Under the pieces are notes generated by a model, which worked only from the letters and a program-made list of their open reading frames with translations, was not told where the DNA came from and did not search any database. A DNA stretch of 64,000 nt. Origin: Yuukianura sp. NJ FZ-2021. Taxonomy: Eukaryota. Shown one piece after another: positions 51,526-64,000 of the stretch. Positions within the stretch are counted from its first letter, which is position 1, and the number at the start of each line of letters is the position of its first letter. Position numbers and translations under genes: made by a program. Location of the stretch: assembly GCA_046563655.1 (NCBI GenBank), contig CM102286.1, positions 7,502,001 to 7,566,000 of the forward strand. Direction: 5' to 3'.

Positions 51526-51964
51526 ACTTACTTCACATCCACGTTTTTTAAAATAGGATCGGTTCCGTCGCTATTATTTACTACTATTAACACTATTAAT
51601 ACTATTAACTATTATTTAACTCTTTTTTTTTATCCTACAAAAGAGTTAAATAATAAATTAAAAGTTTACTTATATTATGTTCACATGTTTATAAATATTA
51701 TAGATGCGCTTCTATTATATTTAAAGTATAATGATTTTATAATATATATTAAATAAATGCATAATGGTTTTTTGTTTTTATTTTTATTATTTAATTATTT
51801 GTATTTATATATATATATATATTAATTATTATAAAATGAATTTGTATTTTGCTAAATCATCTATATTTATTATATATGCATATTTTTTGTATACATATAT
51901 TTGATTTTTATACAATATTTATTTTTCTTAAATAAGTTCTTTTAGTTTTCATTGAAAATAACAA
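51526..51964. promoter_or_regulatory. Mitochondrial AT-rich control region segment
   Basis: Very AT-rich, with a (TA)n run and T tracts, immediately upstream of trnI. Confidence 0.75.
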
Positions 51965-52033
51965 AATAATGTGCCTGAAATCTAAGGAATATTCTGATGG
52001 AGTATAATATATAGCTTAAAACTATCATTATTA
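51965..52033 (+). tRNA. trnI: mt tRNA-Ile (GAT)
   Basis: Acceptor aataatg/cattatt and anticodon arm tattctGATggagta. Confidence 0.85.
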
Positions 52034-52061
52034 TTTTTTACCCCTGATATTTATTTTTTTA

Positions 52062-52130
52062 TTATAACTAATAAATAATATTATTCCTTTCAACCTCAAA
52101 ATCTAATGTGCCTTATACACTAAGTTATAA
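52062..52130 (-). tRNA. trnQ: mt tRNA-Gln (TTG)
   Basis: Reverse strand reads tataact...gtgtataaggcac...gattTTGagg...agttata, and it sits between trnI and trnM. The anticodon stem pairs weakly. Confidence 0.7.
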
Positions 52131-52134
52131 TTTT

Positions 52135-52202
52135 AAAAAGGTAAGCTAAAAAAGCTAGTGGGTTCATACCCCGCCTATGGATTATCTGAAGTCTTCTTTT
52201 TA
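52135..52202 (+). tRNA. trnM: mt tRNA-Met (CAT)
   Basis: taagctaaaaaagctagtgggttCATacccc. Confidence 0.9.
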
Positions 52203-53207
52203 ATTTTCTTTAAATCAAAAATTTTAATTTTTCTTCCTACATTAATTTTTGGGTCAATCTTAACTATGTCTTCTTCATCGTGATTTTCTGCGTGAATTGG
52301 TTTAGAAATTAATTTAATAAGAATAGCCCCCATTCTATTAAATAAATCTACTCCTAAATCCACTGAAGCTACTATTAAATATTTCATTTTTCAAGCTTTA
52401 GCCTCTTCCATGCTTATTTTTTTTATTCTTTCATCATCTGTTATATTTTTTTATTCTCTAGGAAATTACCTATTGTATATTATTACAGCTTCATTAACCC
52501 TCAAAATTGGAATAGCCCCCTTTCATTTTTGATTTCCTCAAGTAATAATATGCAGCGATTGACCCCAATGTTTTATTCTCTTAACCTGGCAAAAACTTGC
52601 CCCATTTATTCTTCTATCTTTCTGTTTTTGTAATTTTTTTAATTTAATTATTCTTCTATCAGCTTTTATTGGTACACTTGGAGGGATTAATCAATTCAAT
52701 ACCAAAATCCTTTTAGCTTACTCTTCAATTATTCATTCTTCTTGAATATTAAGTTTAATTGTCACAAATAGCTTATTTTGAATTTTTTATTTATTAGCCT
52801 ACACTTTAATTACTTTATCCATTTTATACCCACTATCCTCTTTTAATTCTTCTTTTTTCAATAATTTTTTTTTAATAAAATTTTCATCATTTTCTAAATC
52901 TTTATTCTTTATTAATTTCCTTTCAATTGCAGGTCTACCTCCCTTCTTAGGATTTTCGATCAAAATTTTTACCCTTATTTCCCTATTTAATTCTAACTTT
53001 AGAATTTTCCTCATTCTTGTTCTTTTATTGAGATCATTTGTTTCATTTTATTTTTATTTACGTATAATGTTTTCGTCACTTTTTAATTTTTCTTGAATTA
53101 ATAATTTTGTTTGGTATAACAGAAATAGCTTTAAGTTAGAAATTTGGTTCATTTTTATTTCCTTTTTTATTAATTCGTTTATCCCTCTCGTTATTATTTT
53201 AATTTAA
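52203..53207 (+). CDS. nad2: NADH dehydrogenase subunit 2 (invertebrate mitochondrial code)
   Basis: WIGLEINL, TEATIKYF, PFHFWFP, TWQKLAP, AYSSI and AGLPPFLGF. Start and stop are in the same frame. Confidence 0.93.
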
Positions 53208-53250
53208 ACATTTATTTAATTATTTATTTTATTGCATAAATAATTAAATA

Positions 53251-53319
53251 AATGTTTTAAGTTAACTAAACTATTAGCCTTCAAAGCTGAATTTAAGAAT
53301 AATAATTTTTTAAACATTA
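53251..53319 (+). tRNA. trnW: mt tRNA-Trp (TCA)
   Basis: Acceptor aatgttt/aaacatt and ttagcctTCAaagctga. Confidence 0.9.
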
Positions 53320-53348
53320 GTAACTTCTTATAATTTCCAGTATATTAC

Positions 53349-53410
53349 AAGACTTTATCTTAAATAAATCTAAAAATTTGCAGTTTTTTGTTTTTCTTAA
53401 ACTAAATCTT
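53349..53410 (-). tRNA. trnC: mt tRNA-Cys (GCA)
   Basis: Plus strand aaaaatttgcagttttt gives anticodon GCA, in the W-C-Y order. Confidence 0.8.
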
Positions 53411-53442
53411 TCCCTGCTCAATATTTCTAATTCGAATATTTT

Positions 53443-53500
53443 GATAAAAAGTTTATTTAACCCTTATTAAATTTACAGTTTAATGCCTTTCTACTCAGCC

Positions 53501-53508
<8 letters not shown>
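53443..53508 (-). tRNA. trnY: mt tRNA-Tyr (GTA)
   Basis: ttaaatttacagtttaatgcc...ctcagccattttatc. Confidence 0.9.
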
Positions 53509-55057
<1,549 letters not shown>

Positions 55058-55121
55058 TTTAATATGGCAGATTAGTGCACTGAATTTAAGCTTCAAATAT
55101 GAATAGTTTATTCTTTTAAAA
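55058..55121 (+). tRNA. trnL2: mt tRNA-Leu(UUR) (TAA)
   Basis: tttaatatggcagattagtgcactgaattTAAgcttca, between cox1 and cox2. Confidence 0.9.
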
Positions 55122-55469
55122 ATCCCTTCATTTTTTAATCTCTCGTTTCAAAATGCTTCTTCACCTTTAATAGAAGAATTAATCTTCTTCCATGATCATA
55201 CCTTAATAATTCTTATTCTTATTACTATAATCGTTTTTTATAATATTGTTTCCATTACTCTTACACCAGATCTAAATAAATTCATAAGTGAATCACAAAC
55301 ATTAGAGATATTTTGAACAATTACTCCAACTTTTATTCTTATCATAATTGGAGGGCCATCTATTCGTCTACTCTATATATTAGATGAAGTGTATACCCCT
55401 ATAATTTCTATTAAAGTAATAGGCCATCAATGGTACTGATCTTATGAGTATTCGGATTTTAATGATATT
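55122..55469 (+). pseudogene. cox2: cox2, 5' half only, truncated at a rearrangement junction
   Basis: FQNASSPLMEELIFFHDH...GHQWYWSYEYSDF, then an abrupt switch to rRNA sequence. Confidence 0.92.
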
Positions 55470-56172
55470 TAAGAATTTATAGAATGATTTTAATACATGT
55501 ATATAATTTAAGAATAAATTTCAGTAAATAAAATTATACAATTTTAATAGATATAGAAATTAAACATAGGTTGAAAGAATATGTGCCAGCATTTGCGGTT
55601 ATACATATAACTATATAAATAATGTAGGTTAAAATAAAGATAAACAATATATAGGACTTAAGGTAGCTCATGCAGGTGAAATTGGTAAGTTACTCAAGTA
55701 CTTTAAAGAATTTTATGAGATCATAAATTAAAACCTGGATTAGATACCCAGTTATAATGAAAAATATTATTACCTGGGTAGTAATAATTGAAACTTAAAG
55801 AATTTGGCGGTATTTTTATAGCTCAGAGGAATATGTTAAATAATTGATAACCCACGATAGACTTTACAATTTAAAATACTTATATATCATTGTCTAAAGA
55901 TAAAATATTAAAGATATTTTCTTTTAAATAAATTTAATGAAGATAAATCAAGGTGTAGTGAATAAGATTGTTTAAATGTATTACAATAATTTAAAATTAT
56001 GAATTAAATTTAGTAAGGAATTAAAAAGAAATTGGATTTGTTTGTAAAATCTTAAATATTATTTGGTTTGGATATTATACTAAAATATGCACACATCGCC
56101 CGTCACTCTCGTTTAATACGAGATAAGTCGTAACAAAGTAGACCTACTGGAAAGTGGATCTTGCAAGAAAAA
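55470..56172 (+). rRNA. rrnS: mt 12S rRNA (5' end probably truncated)
   Basis: gtgccagcatttgcggttatac, ggattagataccc, cacatcgcccgtcactct and aagtcgtaacaaagta. Confidence 0.93.
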
Positions 56173-56240
56173 TAAGATGGATCTTGAAAAAGAATTTTAG
56201 TTACATTAAAATGATCTATGTTTGAATCATAGTATCTTAA
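56173..56240 (+). tRNA. trnV: mt tRNA-Val (TAC)
   Basis: Acceptor taagatg/tatctta and ttttagtTACattaaaa, between the two rRNAs. Confidence 0.85.
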
Positions 56241-57444
56241 AGCATGTAATAAAATAAAAATAACATTTTATAGAGTTTAAGTAATTAAAGAATAAATTTA
56301 GTATACGAAACTGTGAAGGAATTATTAAATTAAGGAATTAATACCTTTTGTATAAGGGTTAAACTAATATTAATAAAATATAAAAATCCCGAACTTAAGA
56401 AATTTAAATTAATTAAATGTATATGTAGAAATATATAAAGAAAATATAATTTGGAAATGAAATATTTACGGTCTTGAAGATATCTGGTTTAGGTATTTAA
56501 ATAATTAATTTATTAAGTTGAAATTTTGTAATTAAAAATAAATGTTTAAGTTAATAATAAAATTTATAGGGTAATCTTATAAATTAAATAAAAAGAAAAC
56601 TAATAGAATAAATAAAAAGAGAAAGGCTTGAAAGAAGCTAGAAAAAGGTTATACTTTCTTTATGAAATTTTAAAATTTAATTAAAAGTTTATTATAGAAA
56701 TACATAAAGTAATAAAAAATAAAATATTAAGCACTATATTGTTTAAATTAGTAAATAAAATATAATTAGTGTAACTAAAATAATTGGTAATTTTTATGAA
56801 TTCGACAAATATACTTTAGAATGTTTAACAAAAACATTTCTTTTAGATTTAAATTAAAAGTAAAATCTGCCCACTGTGTATATAAAGGGCTGCGGTATAC
56901 TGACCGTGCTAAGGTAGCATAATCATTAGTTTCTTAATTAGGAAATGGTATGAATGATTTAACTGAGGTGTATTTTATTAATATTAAAAATTGAAGTTAG
57001 AATTTAAGTGAAAATACTTAAATATTCTTAATAGACGATAAGACCCTATAGATCTTTATTTTCGTAGTTTTATATTTAAAATAGATGGATAAATATTAAG
57101 CTAAGAAAATTTTGTTGGGGTAACATAAGAGTAATAAAAATCTCTTAAAATTAAAAAAAGAAAAATTTTATTTAATCTTTCATTTTAAAAAGAAAAAGTT
57201 ACCTTAGGGATAACAGCATAATTAATTTGGAGAGTTCTAATTGATAAATTAGCTTATGACCTCGATGTTGAATTAAAAATCCTAATAGGGGCAGTACTTT
57301 ATTAAGGTGGTTTGTTCAACCATTAAATTTTTACATGATTTGAGTTCAAACCGGCGTGAGCCAGGTTGGTTTCTATCTTTAAGTTATAAGAAAGTTACTT
57401 AGTACGAAAGGATTAGTAAACTTAAATGTTATTTATAGCCACAA
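56241..57444 (+). rRNA. rrnL: mt 16S rRNA
   Basis: aaggtagcataatcatt, gacgataagaccctatag, agggataacagc, gacctcgatgttgaatt and gagttcaaaccggcgtgagccagg. Confidence 0.95.
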
Positions 57445-57510
57445 ATTAATTTGGCAGAATAGTGCATAAGATTTAGGTTCTTAGAATATAATAATTTATT
57501 GTAATTAATA
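57445..57510 (+). tRNA. trnL1: mt tRNA-Leu(CUN) (TAG)
   Basis: attaatttggcagaatagtgcataagattTAGgttctta. Confidence 0.9.
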
Positions 57511-57529
57511 AGTTAACAGAAATTAATTT

Positions 57530-58453
57530 ATTTCTTATGTTTTTTTAGTAATTTCGTACTTAATTATAGTAATTGGGGTATTAATTTGTGTAGCATTTAT
57601 TGTGTTATTAGAGCGTAAACTTTTAGGATATATTCAGATTCGTAAAGGTCCTAATAAAGTAGGGGTTATAGGGATCTTACAGCCTTTTAGCGATGCAATT
57701 AAATTATTTAGAAAAGAACAATTTTTAGTAAGATTAAGAAGCCTCTATATATACTATTGAGCTCCAGCTTTAACATTTTTTATCATTTTGACAATATGAG
57801 CAACCATACCAACAGGAGGAAATTATATTAGATTAGAGTTGGGAAGAGTATTATTTTTTTGTTGTAGAAGCTTCAGAGTATATGGTCTCTTAGGAAGAGG
57901 GTGATCCTCAAATTCTAGCTATGCAATGTTAGGGGCGATACGGGGAGTAGCACAAACTATTTCATATGAAGTATCTTTCATATTATTCTTTTTAGCGATA
58001 GTATGCATATTAGGAGGACTAGATTTTTTTAACTATACTAAAAACCAATTTGGGGTATTAAGAGGGTTAACTATATTACCTTTATTAATGATTTGAGTTA
58101 GACTAAGAATAGCAGAAACTAATCGTACTCCATTTGATTTCGCTGAAGGAGAATCAGAATTAGTTTCTGGGTTTAATATTGAGTATGGAAGAGGAGGATT
58201 CGCATTAATTTTTTTAGCGGAATACGCAAGAATTATTTTTATGAGCTATTTAATTGTTTTAGTATTTATGGGTGCTATGAGAAACGTAATATTATTTAAT
58301 TTATTGGGTGTAATAGTCTGTTTTATATTTGTATGGGTACGTGGGACAATGCCTCGGTTACGATATGATAAGCTGATAGAAGTAGCATGAAAGAGTTATT
58401 TACCCTTATCTTTATGTTATTTTTTACTAATATATGGTGTAAAAGTGATAGTA
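57530..58453 (+). CDS. nad1: NADH dehydrogenase subunit 1 (runs into the gap)
   Basis: [49 protein letters not shown] and PRLRYDKLM. Confidence 0.96.
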
Positions 58454-58553
58454 NNNNNNNNNNNNNNNNNNNNNNNNNNNNNNNNNNNNNNNNNNNNNNN
58501 NNNNNNNNNNNNNNNNNNNNNNNNNNNNNNNNNNNNNNNNNNNNNNNNNNNNN
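58454..58553. other. Scaffolding gap (100 N)
   Basis: Run of 100 n characters. Confidence 1.
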
Positions 58554-59516
58554 AAATTCAGAAAGTAATGGATATTCAAGACGCTGGCAGTTTCAGTAAC
58601 TTGAGTCGTGTGATTGCAAGAGGCAGTTTGGAGCCATTCGCAGTAGTGGAAAGTAATAATGTTTGTGTTGGTTTCTGGTATACTAACTATAGGTACTACG
58701 TTTAGTTCGATCTTGTGAGTACTTAAGAGTCGTAAGTACAAATGTCGTTCAAATGTTACTCATTAGTAATTACTAATCGCACGATAATGTCAATGAATAG
58801 AGAAAGTATGTTCCGTTGAGAACCTGATTTCAGTTAAGTTCATGTTAGTTCACGTTGAGTTAGTAGCCTTCGCCTTTGTAAATCCTAAGAAGAAGACAAA
58901 GTAATTTAAATGTAACGTGTTCGTAAAACCCGCATTCGTGGGCGGGTTCTTTGGTTGAAGAAATCAAAATGATCGAAATCGATCTAGTCCGCAAACCCCC
59001 GTGTTAATCCTGAAGTCTCGCTAAATATCTTGTACGATTTTTCTCTAATTCAATTTTTTTCATTTTTCAATCTTAGACTACCTTAGTTTATTTCCGTTTG
59101 CTTAGGTATACCGTATTATTGCAATATTTTTGTCTATCTATGAATTGTTAGAATTTATTTTTTAGAATTCTTCCACAATTCCCTAGGTTCGGCATTTAAT
59201 AAACTTGTCACGGCCAAATCTATTGGTGACGTTGTCTAAGCAGGATCAAGTTTCATATTCTTTACAAAAAAAAGTACGACAGAAATAGCTCTTTGATACA
59301 CCGCTGCTAGCAATGCAACTATATAAATTGTTTTTCCCGTAATAACATGATTCTAGATTCTGCTGGTTTGGTTTTAAGATTGACGAGCGTGATCGGAATG
59401 CTGGACTCGGATCAGTTCAGGGATTGCATTTATGTAACGTAAAGCGCCGGGCAATGTTCCACCGTTCACAGTGTAACAAAAGCTCCCCTTCCCTTCATTC
59501 CGGAAAAGTTCAAAAG

Positions 59517-59899
59517 CAGGGTATCTGTTTTTTAAACGGACGTTTTAAACATGTTGTTTTAAATATTTTAAACCCTTAAAACTTTGGGTAAATGTTGTTT
59601 TAACCAATACATGAAAAGTTGGCAAAATCATAGGGAAAAGCGCTATCAGAAATCTTAGAAAGATAAAATATATTTTCACGGAGACGGAATACTTTTTTTT
59701 CAAAATGTTGTCAACCAGGTCAGGGACATTGTGCAAAACTAAGAAAACGTGTTGTAGAACACGGATGGGCGTTATCGGAGCTTTTAATTTGGCGGCTCTA
59801 TGCTCCATTGGGTTGAAAGTTTTAATAAGAACGTCTAAATAAGACACACACAACAAAATGTTTTATGTTGTTTTTTTAACGTGTTTTCAGGATACCCTG
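59517..59899. mobile_element. Putative hAT-like MITE
   Basis: Ends cagggtatctg / caggataccctg, flanking 8-mers ttcaaaag and ctcagaag (6/8 match), and internal aaaacrtgttg repeats. Confidence 0.55.
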
Positions 59900-60622
59900 C
59901 TCAGAAGGCCAAAAACATGCAAAAGGGGTATCCTTCCTACCAAAAAAATAGTTTGTTTTCTGGAACCGAAAAATTCTGTGTATTAACAATAATACGTTTT
60001 AAGTAAGTCGTTACATTTTCTTTGTTGTGAGCAATTTGTGGATAGCGCTTAGGGAATGCAGTAATACATATTCATTTTTACAGTGTCAAATCGAAATTAG
60101 GCATAGATTAGTAGGCACCGCTATAACCAACACTCCAGCGGAAATATATATTTTTGTTAGGATCCGCTTCCGCAATTACAAGAAAAAACTATAAATTAAA
60201 GATGGAGGTCATAGTAAACTTTTTGGGCCTATGCTTCAACCACTTAGCGAACCACAAAGAAAGTGATATTTAAATTAAGTAAAACTTGCATTTGCAACAT
60301 CTAAATTCACTTACAGCGGTATGAAATTTTAATTCTACAGTTTAAAACCTATTCCATAGCCTCCCTTGGAGTGCTGTAAATTGATTGTTGCATAAAACAA
60401 GGTGATGGCACTCTTGACTTGACTGACCTCGATCTTATTTAAAATGCGAAAATATTCCATTAAAGAATATTATTCGAAAATTTAAAATAAGAACAACAAT
60501 TTTTCAACTGACAGTTACGCTGCAGAGTTAAGCACTTCAAAATCGTGTTGCAAAGTCACAACAATACAACTACGCGAAGGTTATTTATGGGTAACAGTTC
60601 CGATTTGGGTAACCAGAAAAAA

Positions 60623-62155
60623 ATGAATAGCCAAAAGCCTGTTACGAAGACTGAGGTTACGGACAATACCATCGTTTCCCGTACAGCTACACTACAATCT
60701 AATTCCACCATGAACAACAAATTTCCGACAACGCAACGGGAACAACAATGCACTAAAAACGAAAGTTGGCAACAGAGACGTGTCGTCTTGGAACAAATCA
60801 GTTTGGCGCTCAAATTTTCTCACAGCCTTGGAAACATATCGCTTCTGATGGACGCTTCGAAACTGCTTCTGAAGTCAGGATCTACTGGACAGTACGCAAT
60901 TCGCTACAAACGTAACATTTGGCTTGTATACTTCATGTACGCTGCTATACCAGTACTTATCGCCATCGCCAGGCAGTTGTTGAATCACGAAGATGAAGGA
61001 ATTAGCCCACCGTATCTTGCGGCAATCTGTGCAGGACTACCGCTAACTGCAGCTTACCATTTTGTCCTGCAGGTTTTCAGAAAAGAGCGCTCAGAACTCA
61101 CCGTAATACTTAACTCCTTACTCGGTTTACGCAGGGAAATCTGTACGTTAAAATTTTTAGACCGTTTACGTATCGAACTTTATCTTAAGTTGTAAATATT
61201 GCTTGAAAACTTTCAGGTTGTGACGTTGGACGTAAAGACTTGGTAGCCCTATGTCGAGTAATTCGACTTTTGAACTTCTTTTCAATATATTTAGTTCCGC
61301 CTGGATTCTGTTTTCTTTTTGCCATTTTCTGGAACCAACATTTCGCATTGGCTAGAGTAATCGCAATCCCATTTGAATTTGTGTTGGGAACTCTACCGAA
61401 CCTTCTGCTGCACTTTGACCTTACCGTAGCCTTACTCATTTCAACATACTATATCACATCAGTCGTTTCAACTCTTACTACGTTATGTTCGCTCATTTTT
61501 TTATTTGCTGTATTCAGCAAACACACGCTCAGCGCTCTCGAGTAAGAGAATTGTACAAAATATAAAACAGTTTATTAAAAAAATTAGAAAGAAGGTTGAC
61601 TTATTCTTAAATTGAATTGAAATTCTTAGGCAGGCTCTGACTCCTTCCGCCACGGCTCAAACATGGCGAAGTACTGTATCTACCTACAAGCAACTTTTGC
61701 TAATTTCTCAATTCGGGAGCGTTTCTGTTCAACAATTGGTATCAGTGTTTTATACATTCTCTATCGTTAGTCTAACCGCTTCGTTTTATTTCGCTTTGGG
61801 CTGGATGACTCCATTTATTGAGCGCATTGTAGCAACAATTCTTGTATTCATTTTTACCTACATTTCCACATTTGTTCTGAACATGACTGGAAAGCATCAT
61901 GGAAATAGCAAGCGCCTCATCCATCGTCTCGAACTGTGCAAATTTCCAGCCAAGTGGGAACGGCGTGAATTGAAAAGCTTAACTCCAATTCGGATTTACG
62001 TCGGATCGATCTTCTTCATTGACGAAGTTCAAGTATTTCTGTTTTGGGACAGGGTGATACACTTGACAACTACGTTCATGATTGCATACCCATCTTCTGC
62101 TGTATTTCCTCCTCAGGAATCGGGCTTGATGGAACTTTTAGAATATTATTTTTGA
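60623..62155 (+). CDS. Multi-pass membrane protein, gustatory-receptor-like chemoreceptor; exons 60623-61142, 61217-61541, 61630-62155
   Basis: Frame-preserving introns, several hydrophobic helices, and a C-terminal LKSLTPIRIYVGSIFFIDE...VIHLTTTFMI that resembles the arthropod GR/OR TM7 region. An upstream in-frame ATG exists at 60587. Confidence 0.65.
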
Positions 62156-62677
62156 AAGGAAATATTTAAACGGAAGCCCGAAAAATTTTCAGATTAATTA
62201 TTATTTAAGTATCGAAAGCCACTGTATACTATTTACGTATGCTCGCTCAGGGAATCGTAAACTGAATTCAATTCACAGACCGGAATGACCTGCAGCAAAA
62301 CACTTCCTATCATTTCTGACATCTAATGTCATATAATGCGACTGAAATTTTAATCCTGAAGTATAAATCCTATTTTACAACCTTCACTAGTTCCGTAATT
62401 TGATGGTTGTTTAAAAACGTGGTGACGGTAATGGCGACCTTGACTGACCTGGAACCTCTTGTTTACAATTGATGAAAACGATTTATGAAATACCAAATGT
62501 TATTTGAAAGTTTAGAATCAAAACATAACAACATTTCATCTGATAGTTACACAACACGGTACAGTTATAAACACGCCAAAATCGTGTTAGAATTTCAATA
62601 CAATACAATATACAATAGGTATAACTACACCAAAGCTACACGGTTAACAGTTTCGATTTGAACAACCAACACGAAAA

Positions 62678-64000
62678 ATGAAGAGCGAAAGCATTGTTAC
62701 GAGGGCTGAAATTGCGAGGAATAACGCTGTTTCCCGTACAACTACTCGCAAATCTAAGGCAACCAAGACTAAAAAATTTCAGACAATGAAACGGAAAGAG
62801 ATAGAACAACAATGCACTAAAATTGAAAATTTGCAACAGAGGCGAGTCGTCTTGGAACAAGTTAGTCTGGCACTCAAATTTTCCCACTGCCTTGGAAACA
62901 TACCGCTTCTAATGGACACCCCGAAACTGCTTCTGAAGTCAGGGTTTACTGGTCGGTACGCAATTCGCTACAATCTTAACATTTGGCTTGTACACTTCAT
63001 CTACGCTGCTATACCAGTGCTCATTGCCGTTGCCAGGCACTTGTTGAACAAAGATGGAGGCATTAGCCTACCGTATCTTGCGGCAATGTGCGCTGGACTA
63101 CCGCTAACTGCAGCTTATCATCTGCTTCTCCAGGTATTCAGGAAGGAGCGCTCTGAAATTACCGTAATATTCAACTCCTTGCTCGACTTACACAGGGATA
63201 TCTGTACGTAAAAAATTTTCAGACCACATTTGCGTATTGAACATTACTAGAACAGCTTAAGTTGTTAATATTGCTTTCAAAATTTTCAGGCTATGACACT
63301 GGACATCTTGACTTGGTAGCTCTATGTCGAGTAATTCAACTTTTGAACGCCTTTTCAATTTATTTAGTTCCGCCTGGATTCTGTTTTCTTTTTATCATTT
63401 TCTGGAACCATCATTTCGCATTGGCAAGAGTAATCGCAATCCCATTTGAATTTGTGTTGGGAACTCTACCGAATCTTTTGCTGCACTTTGACCTTACCGT
63501 AGCATTACTCATTTCAACGTACTACATCACATCGGTCGTTTCAACTCTGATGACACTATGTTCGCTCATTTTTTTATTTGCTGTATTCAGTAAACAAACG
63601 CTTAAGACTCTCAAGTAAGAAAATTTTGCAAATTACCAAGCAGCTGTAGCTAAAAAACAATTTTCAAGAAGGTGCCTTTAATTCTTAAATTCAATTGAAA
63701 TTTTTAGGCAGAATTTGACTTTTCCCGCTACGGCCCAAACATGGCTAAGCACTGTATCAACCTACAAGCAACTTTTGCTAATTTCTCAATTCGGGAGCGT
63801 TACTATCCAACAATTGGTATCATTGTTTTATGCATTCTCTGTTCTTGCTCTGACAGTTTCGTTTTATTTCGCTTTGGGTTGGATGACTCCATTTATTGAA
63901 CGCATTGTAGCAATAATTCTTGCATTCATTTTTACCTATATTCTCACATTTCTTCTGAACATGACTGGAAAACATTATGGGAATAGTAAGCGCCTCATCC
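62678..64000 (+). CDS. Tandem paralog of the GR-like gene; exons 62678-63203, 63290-63614, 63708-window end
   Basis: High similarity to 60623-62155 with identical intron positions. Confidence 0.65.

Noticed and set aside
51214..51756. 180-aa RG/P-rich ORF and similar ORFs at 27422-27842 and 51222-51467
   Set aside because: They are by-products of the stop-poor 42-bp GC-rich repeat, which is open in several frames.
52175..53014. Minus-strand ORFs over nad2
   Set aside because: They are antisense artefacts of using the standard code on mitochondrial sequence.
58387..58741. ORFs spanning the N gap
   Set aside because: They are artefacts of the N run.

Overview
Eukaryotic nuclear DNA from an arthropod; gene style and mtDNA gene order suggest a pancrustacean, possibly a springtail (inference). 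From left to right: two tandem MFS transporter genes, the first interrupted by an internally deleted Tc1/mariner-type element; a CDS-less remnant of an SDR gene unit into which a 7.8-kb Helitron inserted; and four tandem L-xylulose-reductase-like SDR genes in A-B-A-B order, with MITEs. The Helitron has an intact RepHel ORF, a fold-back 3' end and a hidden 4-exon zinc-ribbon passenger gene. Next is MAF1, with a fold-back MITE in intron 1. A block of about 32 kb then appears to interrupt the MAF1 3' region. It holds GC-rich 42-bp repeat clusters on both sides of a ~23-kb array of a 131-bp unit, followed directly by mitochondrial DNA (AT-rich region, trnI-Q-M, nad2, trnW-C-Y, cox1, trnL2, truncated cox2, joined to inverted rrnS-trnV-rrnL-trnL1-nad1). 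After a 100-N gap there is a MITE and two tandem gustatory-receptor-like genes. All calls come from manual reading; no database searches were run.
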